20,000 bases of DNA, from positions 55,921 through 75,920 of the IMG/VR virus record IMGVR_UViG_3300009159_007116. One strand, written 5' to 3'. Shown piece by piece: positions 8,147-16,013 of the stretch. How positions within the stretch are numbered: the stretch's first letter is position 1; the number at the start of each line of letters is the position of its first letter. The translations under genes were made by a program, and so were the position numbers. The notes under the pieces were generated by a model. It had not been told where the DNA came from and made no database searches. It saw only the letters and a program-made list of their open reading frames with translations. The DNA comes from an uncultured virus (IMG/VR IMGVR_UViG_3300009159_007116). Taxonomy: Duplodnaviria > Heunggongvirae > Uroviricota > Caudoviricetes.

Positions 8147-8732
8147 CATATTGTGTTTTTGAACCAATTGAATCTGGAGATGCGGACAAAGCAAGAAACC
8201 AATCATGTCTGTCTGCTATTGTTCCGCTTCCGTTTGGACTCAAGCCTGACATTCCTGGTGAACTAGATAATGATAGAATTGATCCAGATCCTGCTGGAGT
8301 TTGCCAAGAAACAGATCCAGAACCATCTAAAACATTAGTTAAGCTTGGATGAATAATTTGTGCAACTTTAGTAGTAACACCACTAGCTGCATTATTAATG
8401 TTTGATCTATCGTAGATCCTTAACTTTACATTCTGTGTAGCTACTGGGCTAGTATGGGTAAAACGCACATTTAAACTAGCTTGAGCATTGGTTATTGCTT
8501 GAAGATTTAGACCACTTGGAGATCCAATACCATTAACTATTCCAGAGTTTGGATGAGAATATTTTATGTTGTTTAATGAAGCACCAGCAATAGTACCATT
8601 GCTATTAGTTATATAGGTAGAATCTTGATAGTTTCCTACGGAAACAGAAGAACCAAATCCAGAGTTTCCAAAGAATCCTACGCCACTTGAACCTATGTCA
8701 TTTCCTGCCGAAAAAAAAGCAAATGTAGCCAT
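8118..8732 (-). CDS. Hypothetical protein, probably virion structural (Gly/Ser/Asn-rich, beta-rich)
   Basis: 204-aa ORF with a strong SD (AGGAG) and low charge. It is the last gene of the - strand tail block. Confidence 0.7.
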   Translation of the reverse strand: MATFAFFSAGNDIGSSGVGFFGNSGFGSSVSVGNYQDSTYITNSNGTIAGASLNNIKYSHPNSGIVNGIGSPSGLNLQAITNAQASLNVRFTHTSPVATQNVKLRIYDRSNINNAASGVTTKVAQIIHPSLTNVLDGSGSVSWQTPAGSGSILSLSSSPGMSGLSPNGSGTIADRHDWFLALSASPDSIGSKTQYAMWIELEYL

Positions 8733-8810
8733 GATTTTTCTCCTATTGTATATAGTATATTACACCGCAAAACATCATTTTAATATTATACATAATCAAA
8801 AATTGTATTG
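8733..8810 (-). promoter_or_regulatory. Intergenic region with SD and a possible promoter for the 204-aa gene
   Basis: The only sizeable intergenic gap in the window. The - strand reads ...TTGATTATGTATAATATTAAAATGATGTTTTGCGGTGTAATATACTATATACAATAGGAGAAAAATC-ATG. SD AGGAG at 8740-8744. Several -10-like hexamers (TATAAT, TATACT, TACAAT) but no correctly spaced -35. Confidence 0.45.
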
Positions 8811-10232
8811 TTAGCAACTACAATCTAAATATACTATATCTCCATTCTGTGCATATGGATAAAAATAGTCTGGATCAGCGTATGATGTAACGCATATATG
8901 TCCTTGCAAACTAGGTGAGCCACTACAAGGGCTAGTATTATACCAATTTCCTTCCGATTTTTCCCAAGTGCTATAACCACAACCAATACATGTAGAAGGA
9001 TCTGTCGTGCTAGTTGGCGTTCCTGTCGTACTGGTACTCGTAGAGGTAGATGTCGAAGTACTTGTCGAAGTCGATGTACTGGTACTCGTAGAGGTAGATG
9101 TCGAAGTACTTGTCGAAGTCGATGTACTGGTACTCGTAGAGGTCGAAGTTATAGTATTGCAATTTTCATCTACATTCATTTCTGCGTTATTAAGATTTCT
9201 TATAATAATACAATCTGATTCGCCAGTTGCTGAAGCAAAAAATTCTACTATGTTATCTATGTAGTTACCTAAATCAAAACATTGAGTTACACAGCTATAG
9301 CATTCAGCTAAAATTAATGCAGTTGCATAAGATTCTCCAGTAGGACATATAGTTGTTGATGTGCTGGTACTTGTAGATGTCGAGGTCGATGTGCTAGTAC
9401 TCGTACTTGTAGAAGTAGTTATATAATTACAACTTTCATCTAAACCATTTCCTAAATTTCTTGAATCGCTATCTATTATGCACGAAATGTAGTCGCTGTA
9501 AAATGCTATATAATCAAGTGTTTCTATATCCCAACAACCCAAAGTACTGCAACTATAACAATATATTGGTGGATCAGGATAAAGGGTTTCAAATAGTAAA
9601 CTACCATAAACTTCTCCATTAAGGCATGGCTCTGTAGTGCTAGTGCTTGTACTTGTGGTAGAACTAGTTGAACTAGTTGAAGTAGTTGGCGGTGGTGTTG
9701 TACAACTACATTGATAAGTTGTAAATGGTGTTTCTACATAATTAGAACATGTCTCACCAGGACTTGGCCATCCATCTCTAGGATATGATAAACAAGGATA
9801 AACACAAGAATGATCTAAGTATTGAAACATTCCATCTACACAAATTAAATTTGTTCCATGAATTGATGCACAAGGACAAGAAGTAGTAGATGTGTAGGTT
9901 GTACTTGTACTCGTAGATGTCGATGTACTTGTACTGGTACTCGTAGAGGTAGTTCCACATGAAGATCGATCAGAACCAGATGGCTCACATTCACAATTTG
10001 GTCCACATGGTGCTAATCCAGGACCACAACAACAACAATTAGCTCCACAGTTAGTTCCAGTTTCATCAGGACAGCAACAAGGTGGTGGAGTTGAACTAGT
10101 GCTAGTACTTGTACTAGTACAACAAGCACATTCACCAGAACTAAGTGCAGATATACTATCATTATAAACAATAATTTCATTAGGTATTTCTACCCCATAT
10201 AATCTTAATAGTTCTACATCTTGACTATTCAT
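8811..10232 (-). CDS. Mucin-like (Thr-Ser)n-linker, Cys-rich modular protein; putative tail fibre/adhesin-like
   Basis: 473 aa with 41 Cys by manual count and five TS-rich tracts separating Cys modules. No signal peptide or TM segment is evident. The start overlaps the upstream stop (ATGAATAG). Confidence 0.8.
   Translation of the reverse strand: MNSQDVELLRLYGVEIPNEIIVYNDSISALSSGECACCTSTSTSTSSTPPPCCCPDETGTNCGANCCCCGPGLAPCGPNCECEPSGSDRSSCGTTSTSTSTSTSTSTSTSTTYTSTTSCPCASIHGTNLICVDGMFQYLDHSCVYPCLSYPRDGWPSPGETCSNYVETPFTTYQCSCTTPPPTTSTSSTSSTTSTSTSTTEPCLNGEVYGSLLFETLYPDPPIYCYSCSTLGCWDIETLDYIAFYSDYISCIIDSDSRNLGNGLDESCNYITTSTSTSTSTSTSTSTSTSTSTTICPTGESYATALILAECYSCVTQCFDLGNYIDNIVEFFASATGESDCIIIRNLNNAEMNVDENCNTITSTSTSTSTSTSTSTSTSTSTSTSTSTSTSTSTSTSTSTSTTGTPTSTTDPSTCIGCGYSTWEKSEGNWYNTSPCSGSPSLQGHICVTSYADPDYFYPYAQNGDIVYLDCSC
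9028..9143. repeat. Perfect 48-bp tandem repeat, about 2.4 copies, encoding (TS)n
   Basis: Unit GTACTGGTACTCGTAGAGGTAGATGTCGAAGTACTTGTCGAAGTCGAT is identical at 9028-9075 and 9076-9123, with a 20-nt partial copy at 9124-9143. The first 22 nt of the unit recur at 9931-9952. Confidence 0.95.
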
Positions 10233-13200
10233 CTATTTTTATTCCATGTTTTTGCAAAACAGCATAAATATTGGATAACTGTTGTTTTAAAGATTGAATT
10301 TCTATTTTCATTAATTGTGTACTAAAGTCAGACATGTATGGTGATGGAGATGGAGTTGGCGAAGCTGTAGATGCATATCCACAACCAAGAACACTTACAT
10401 AACTTGCTGGTGCTGCACTTATACTGCCATCTTCAGCACAAGTTATAGTCCATGAATCAGGAACTTCTACACAATAAGGTGGAGGTGTTGTTGGTGCTGG
10501 AGTTGTACAGCTAATTGTATTATGTGTAATTTCTGCTTCTGCACATCTTGCTAAAGAGTTATTTCCAACATATGCCGTTCCACCACAACCTTGATAATAT
10601 GGAACACATGCCCTACAATCAGGTCCATATGGTGGCATATCTGCTGTGTATGTATCTAAACAATATGACTCTGAACACATTGGATTGCTTGAATTATCAA
10701 ATTCTACGCCAAGATTACAAGATGCTAAATCATCATATTCAGCACCAAAATCAAATGGTGGCTCAGTATAACTATAACATTCATAACAACCAATATAATT
10801 TTGTTGTGAGTACCATTTATATACTGGTGGTGGCGGTGGCGTTGGTGGCGGTGGCGGTGCAGGAGTTTCTTCAACCTTTTTAAGCAATCCATTTCTAAAT
10901 GTAGCTGTAATAATAGCACCATCAGCAGATGTTAATGCCGTATGTGTACCATTAAATCCATTTGTTTCAAGAAAATCATGACATAGAAAATCTGTGCATG
11001 TTCCTACATCTCCACTATTATTTTTTGTTATTTTAAAATCAGAGTCACTTTCTTCAGTAATGATATCGCCACATTCAGCTTCAGAATATCTAATCCCACA
11101 ACCCTGTCCTTCAACATACCAATTTCCGTCATAGACAGAGTATTTTGCAACAACAGGAGATCCTACTGGTATAGCTTTGCCTATATTTTTTACTTGTATA
11201 ATTGCTGCATTGGTTGATTCACCTCCAGAAGTTGTTTTTAAAGCAACATTTCCAGTTGGATAATTTTCATCTGCTTGTCCTAAATTATATGATTGAATAT
11301 TGGATGCTGCTTGTCCAAGAAATATATCGTGAGAAGTCCATACGCCTCTTGCACTATCCCACATTAAATCTACTGGTCCAGCCAAAGCTGCTGCTGTCAT
11401 ATAAGCATTTTGATTTGGAACAATTTGCTTTGTAAATAAATCTGTTCCCCAACCACTAAGCATTATTGGACCACGAAGACCAATTGGTTGTCCACCAAGA
11501 ACTCCATTTTGTGCTCCTACAGCATCATTCATAGCCCATGATCCACCAGCAGAAACCATGTTCGCTATATATGATCCAGATCTAAATGGAGTATATGTAA
11601 ATGATGTTGGTATAAATTGATCTGATTGTTGAAATGCACCAATAGGTTGCAATGTGCTTGAAGATAACATTCCATTGTAAAAATTATTAAAAGGAGAAAA
11701 TAAACCATCTAAAGATACTCCACCCTTATTAAAGTATTTTCCACTTTGAGAATGAATTGCAGCATTTGTTTCTCTGTTGCTTAAAGTTGCCCCAATTGTT
11801 TTTGTTGGTGCATATCTACCAGCTATTTGTGCCATAATAATATTTGTGTGTGGCGTATTTCTATCGTTCCTTCTTCCTAAGTAGTCTAAAAAGAATGATG
11901 ATATTGCAAATCCAGCCCTTCTTCTATTTACAGCTTGAATTTTTTTAAGTGATTCATTATATAATGCCAAAAGATTTTTTCTATCAGAGTAAGCTTTTAT
12001 GGCTGTTTTTTTAAGTCTTTCAGTCAAATATCTTGATGGCAAACCAAATTTTGGTGTGAATGTTCTAAATGAATATTGTGTGGTTACTCCAGAAGATCCA
12101 TATGTACATGATAAAGATGTTAGTATTGGTCCATTCGCAACAATTTCATCACCCAAACTATGTTCTGGCAATCCAACTTTAGTTAATGTTCCTGTTTCCA
12201 TATATGGTATTGGAACAATATCTTTTAATTTTCCTGATGCAGCAGTCTCTAAAATAGATGACGAATTAAATGTCCAAGGAACTAAGGAATCATCTTTTTG
12301 AACAACTGTTTTTCCACCAGTGGTATTGCCAAAATACCAAGGACCATAAAAATCATTTCTAGTAGATTTAAAATTGACTAATAATCCACTTGGAGATATT
12401 GGCAAAAGACCAGTTTTTACTGTCATAGACTGACCTAAAACACTATTCTTGTCTCTTATTCCAAAAAAACAATTTGTTAAATTAAAATAACCAACCTCAT
12501 TAACAATTGATTGGTCGTATATGGTAACAGCATTTGTTGTTGTTACTGATAAATGTTCTTGCCCATCTATTATTGCATATTCTGAATTTACAGAACACTT
12601 TACCCATAAAATATTATCAACTAAAAATGTTTCCTCGCTGTTTTCAAAAATAAAATTACCAGAAAACTTTGTAAAGGTCATGTAATTATTTGTTTTGCCA
12701 TTTGCATCTAAAAGATATCCATATATATATTCCTTTGGAGTGTTAGAATTAATAATGGCATCTAATAATGCTGGTTCTGTCCAACCTGTGTCAGTAGGAA
12801 CAATGTTGTATATTCTTTTTGGCGTTTCAGTTACTGATGCTGATTTTAAACTAACTCCAAGTTGACTTCCTGCCCCCATAGTTCCACCAGGAAATGGTAC
12901 TGGAGCATTAAAAGAAGAATAAGGCAAAGAGAAACTTGTTATTTCTGCTCCTGCTGATGTGTAATATGTAAGTCTATCTCCATTATATGCATATTTAGTT
13001 GGTCCAGAAAATAATTGATTATACTGTGTTTGACTTAATGTGCTTGTACTTAAAGATACTCTAGATGTTCTTGCAGAACCTGTTGATGGCTGAATCCAAA
13101 CATATGAAATGTCAAGATTTACATTGTAATTTATAGATTGAGATGGAGTTAAAGCATCTTGATCTGTATAGTATTCTAGCTTTTGTTTTCCAGATAAAAG

Positions 13201-14616
13201 ACCATCTGTTTTTGATCTTGGGTCTGATGAATTTATATTGTAGTCACTAGTTAATGCCCCATTATAATTTACTGGCAGCATAAAAGATTTGCCTAGATAT
13301 GATTCTAGTGATTGTTTTAAATAAGAAAAAACTCTTGTTCCTCTTATTACGCCAACATCATTTTCTTTTTCTCCAAAATCTCTTGTGACAGGGTATTCAT
13401 CTGATCCACCAAAATGCATAAAGTTTGCAACTTGAGCTATAAAAAGTCTAGGTGGTTTTAAAAATATTTGCTCATAGTAATCGCTTACCCCTTGATCTTG
13501 TCTTATTTCTAAATACAACTCCCAAAGATCTTGTTGCCCACCCAATATTATTGCTACTTGAGCTATGTCCAAAGTAATAAATAAACCGCCATCTGAAGTA
13601 ATTATATCTTCAATTCCTCTTATTGGAAAACAAAAATATCCTGGTGCTGCTGCATGTGATTTTTCTGCAAAATCAATAAAACTTAAACTAGCACCAGAAT
13701 AAGGACATGAATATGTTGTATATGGAACATACTTAGTTGAAACCCAATATGGCGTTCCATCAATATCATATCCTAAAAATTGTTTTATTCTTCCATCTTT
13801 GGAGCAATCAAATCCAAAAGTATGTTCTTTTTGTCCACCCCACAACATAAAATTAGAATCTATACTATTTGTTGATTCAACTCCAGCATCCCAAGATATA
13901 ACATCTTTATTTTTAGCGAGATCTTTAATTACATCATTAACTTTTTGATTAGCTGCATTGTTTGCCAAACTTGTGGTTTTTATAGTAAAAACTTTTAATA
14001 CAGAATCAAGTTCAATTCTATATAGCAATCCTAAATCATCACAAACCTTTGATATTAAATCCATCAAGTTTATATTTGGAACATCAACTCTATAATAGCT
14101 TGGAAGCTGTGAAGAAAAATTTAATTGAATTGAATAAGCTATTCCTGCTGAAATAATTCCATACCTAATAGATAGAGCATTTACTGCTTCTTCAAATTTT
14201 TGATATGGCATTCCAGTATCATTAGTTTGACTAGCCCCATAACTTTTAGATTCGTGATATCTAAAGACATTAAACAAATTTATTATTGGTGCATCTTCTT
14301 TTGGATCTGAAGTTCCATACAAAGATGTAATACACTCAACATTTCTAATTAAATCTTTTCCATCATTAAGTTTTATTTCATAAGTAAAACCACTACCATT
14401 ATGTTTTTCAATTACTCTATCTAAAAACCCATTAAACTTAAAAGAACCCATTTGAAATTCAAGTGGTTGTCCTAAACGATATGGGCTTATAGTTTGACCA
14501 TCTTCTGGAGCAAGATTTATAGTTACAGATGATTCTGAATCATTCCACCCAACAGATGAAGAAAAATCTATAACAGTTAAACCTAAAATTGTTAATCTAG
14601 AAAAGTCAGTAACCAT
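10225..14616 (-). CDS. Large minor tail protein (hub/tail-tip-like) with Cys/Pro-rich C-terminal extension
   Basis: Likely start is ATG 14616 (SD AGGTG upstream), giving ~1463 aa. The N-terminal SSVTINL...LGQPLEFQMGSFKFNGFL...YEIKLND and the later LGDEI....LTSLSCTYGSSGVTTQYSF resemble tail-hub beta-barrel segments. It lies downstream of the tape measure gene. Confidence 0.6.
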   Translation of the reverse strand: MVTDFSRLTILGLTVIDFSSSVGWNDSESSVTINLAPEDGQTISPYRLGQPLEFQMGSFKFNGFLDRVIEKHNGSGFTYEIKLNDGKDLIRNVECITSLYGTSDPKEDAPIINLFNVFRYHESKSYGASQTNDTGMPYQKFEEAVNALSIRYGIISAGIAYSIQLNFSSQLPSYYRVDVPNINLMDLISKVCDDLGLLYRIELDSVLKVFTIKTTSLANNAANQKVNDVIKDLAKNKDVISWDAGVESTNSIDSNFMLWGGQKEHTFGFDCSKDGRIKQFLGYDIDGTPYWVSTKYVPYTTYSCPYSGASLSFIDFAEKSHAAAPGYFCFPIRGIEDIITSDGGLFITLDIAQVAIILGGQQDLWELYLEIRQDQGVSDYYEQIFLKPPRLFIAQVANFMHFGGSDEYPVTRDFGEKENDVGVIRGTRVFSYLKQSLESYLGKSFMLPVNYNGALTSDYNINSSDPRSKTDGLLSGKQKLEYYTDQDALTPSQSINYNVNLDISYVWIQPSTGSARTSRVSLSTSTLSQTQYNQLFSGPTKYAYNGDRLTYYTSAGAEITSFSLPYSSFNAPVPFPGGTMGAGSQLGVSLKSASVTETPKRIYNIVPTDTGWTEPALLDAIINSNTPKEYIYGYLLDANGKTNNYMTFTKFSGNFIFENSEETFLVDNILWVKCSVNSEYAIIDGQEHLSVTTTNAVTIYDQSIVNEVGYFNLTNCFFGIRDKNSVLGQSMTVKTGLLPISPSGLLVNFKSTRNDFYGPWYFGNTTGGKTVVQKDDSLVPWTFNSSSILETAASGKLKDIVPIPYMETGTLTKVGLPEHSLGDEIVANGPILTSLSCTYGSSGVTTQYSFRTFTPKFGLPSRYLTERLKKTAIKAYSDRKNLLALYNESLKKIQAVNRRRAGFAISSFFLDYLGRRNDRNTPHTNIIMAQIAGRYAPTKTIGATLSNRETNAAIHSQSGKYFNKGGVSLDGLFSPFNNFYNGMLSSSTLQPIGAFQQSDQFIPTSFTYTPFRSGSYIANMVSAGGSWAMNDAVGAQNGVLGGQPIGLRGPIMLSGWGTDLFTKQIVPNQNAYMTAAALAGPVDLMWDSARGVWTSHDIFLGQAASNIQSYNLGQADENYPTGNVALKTTSGGESTNAAIIQVKNIGKAIPVGSPVVAKYSVYDGNWYVEGQGCGIRYSEAECGDIITEESDSDFKITKNNSGDVGTCTDFLCHDFLETNGFNGTHTALTSADGAIITATFRNGLLKKVEETPAPPPPPTPPPPPVYKWYSQQNYIGCYECYSYTEPPFDFGAEYDDLASCNLGVEFDNSSNPMCSESYCLDTYTADMPPYGPDCRACVPYYQGCGGTAYVGNNSLARCAEAEITHNTISCTTPAPTTPPPYCVEVPDSWTITCAEDGSISAAPASYVSVLGCGYASTASPTPSPSPYMSDFSTQLMKIEIQSLKQQLSNIYAVLQKHGIKIDE

Positions 14617-14624
14617 TTTTTCAC

Positions 14625-16004
14625 CTAGTTGTAATTCCAAACTACAGAACGAGTTATTTTGCCAGTCTTATAATCATAAGTCACATCATCTTTTTCAAGA
14701 AACATATCCGTTGAATTTGGCTTATAGTCATCAACATCTTTTGGAATTCTTATTTTTCCAAGAGAGTCAAATGGATCATTATATAATACCTCTACATTTA
14801 CAGATTTAACACCATTTTTTTTTGTTGTTAATCTTTGTATAATTGGACCTTCTGGTTTACCAATTGCTACAATTGAAACAAAATTAATTAAGGGTGGCGT
14901 ATCTGTCCAAGTAATAGATTTTGTTCTTTCTCCAGTTTCTTCTATGCCTTCAGAAATATCTACGGAAAAAGTTATTACTCCAGATATTTTATTTGTTCCT
15001 TCAGAAATAGACTTTACTTTACCAGTTATTGCCCCAATAGTGTATGTCTCACCTATTTTCCACCCATTGGCTTGTTTGATTGCTTTTAATTTATCTTCCG
15101 CATTCTTAATTTTTGTTTTTCCTTCTCCTTCATACCCAGTTATGGTTCCTTGCAAACTTGCAGATTTATATATAGATTCAGAAGATTCTTTAGTGGTTGT
15201 TGTTTGTTCTATTACATATGGATTAGTTGATATAATCCAAGATTCATTGCACTCTACACTATTCTTATAAGTATTTACTGAATAACTAGTTGTTTTATTA
15301 TAAAGTCCACCTGTTGGAACAGTAAGGTATGTAGATGCTTCTGTAATTGCTAGTTTATAATCATTTATTGAGGCAGATGGAACTATCTTATCCATTGCTA
15401 GTTTATAATCATTTGTTGTAGGTGGATTTCCAGTAATGGTGCTTTTTACTTGTATACTTCTAGTTCTATTTATTTTTACAAATCTTCCATATTCATCTGC
15501 TGGATCTAATGACCAAGTTTCATCTGGTTCTTGTGTGTCTAAAACTATCTGCTCTAAGGATATTGTATAATCGCATATTAAACTTGCTTCGTTAATTTGA
15601 AAGTTTTTTGATTTTAATTTAAATTTTTCAGTTAGGTTTGGTAATTGAGATAAATTTGGTCCAGCTATTGGTGTTGTTATATTTATATTATTTATGTCAT
15701 GAACTAATACTGATTCTAAATTTGCTATTTTATCTCTAAGTAAAGCCAACTTTTTTTTGTCTATATCTAATGGAGTTGCACCAGTTGGCTCTAGCTCTCC
15801 TTGTACTGGATCAACAGCTAAAATTTTTCCTTTCAAATCCACTTGTCTTGTAATTGTTTTTACTTCACCATTCTCTATAAATTCTGATTGTTGGCTAATA
15901 CTCATTAATGGAGTTGGTACTAATTCTTGTCCATTTAATGTCATAGCCATGTTATTTGGCGTTAATCGTTGTTTAGGACTTGCGTAGAATGGTTCAGTAG
16001 GCAT
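14625..16004 (-). CDS. Putative tail structural protein, paralog A
   Basis: 459 aa, SD AGGA, Thr/Ser- and beta-rich. Shares ordered motifs with 16014-17384. Confidence 0.65.
   Translation of the reverse strand: MPTEPFYASPKQRLTPNNMAMTLNGQELVPTPLMSISQQSEFIENGEVKTITRQVDLKGKILAVDPVQGELEPTGATPLDIDKKKLALLRDKIANLESVLVHDINNINITTPIAGPNLSQLPNLTEKFKLKSKNFQINEASLICDYTISLEQIVLDTQEPDETWSLDPADEYGRFVKINRTRSIQVKSTITGNPPTTNDYKLAMDKIVPSASINDYKLAITEASTYLTVPTGGLYNKTTSYSVNTYKNSVECNESWIISTNPYVIEQTTTTKESSESIYKSASLQGTITGYEGEGKTKIKNAEDKLKAIKQANGWKIGETYTIGAITGKVKSISEGTNKISGVITFSVDISEGIEETGERTKSITWTDTPPLINFVSIVAIGKPEGPIIQRLTTKKNGVKSVNVEVLYNDPFDSLGKIRIPKDVDDYKPNSTDMFLEKDDVTYDYKTGKITRSVVWNYN
15346..15414. repeat. 21-bp direct repeat, two copies, 48-bp period
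   Basis: ATTGCTAGTTTATAATCATTT at 15346-15366 and 15394-15414, encoding NDYKLA twice in frame. Confidence 0.9.
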
Positions 16005-16013
16005 ATAGTGTTC

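Noticed and set aside
9028..9143. 48-bp repeats as a CRISPR array
   Set aside because: The copies are head-to-tail with no spacers, lie in frame within a CDS encoding (TS)n, and no cas genes are present.
9007..9264. + strand ORF with VLVEVD repeats
   Set aside because: It is the antisense shadow of the TS repeat and has no SD.
8811..10232. Eukaryotic or giant-virus origin suggested by the mucin-like protein
   Set aside because: SD motifs, overlapping operon-like genes and a tape-measure motif point to a prokaryotic tailed virus.
10225..10330. Peptidase S74 intramolecular chaperone at the end of the large tail protein
   Set aside because: Only a terminal coiled coil is present. The SD.RLK.NI cleavage motif and G.IAQE motif are not seen.
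8811..11110. Diversity-generating retroelement target/template pair
   Set aside because: No reverse transcriptase is in the window, and the repeated modules differ broadly rather than being near-identical copies differing at adenines.
15346..15414. 21-bp repeat + 27-bp spacer + repeat as a mini-CRISPR
   Set aside because: Only two copies, non-palindromic, in frame inside a long CDS, with no leader.
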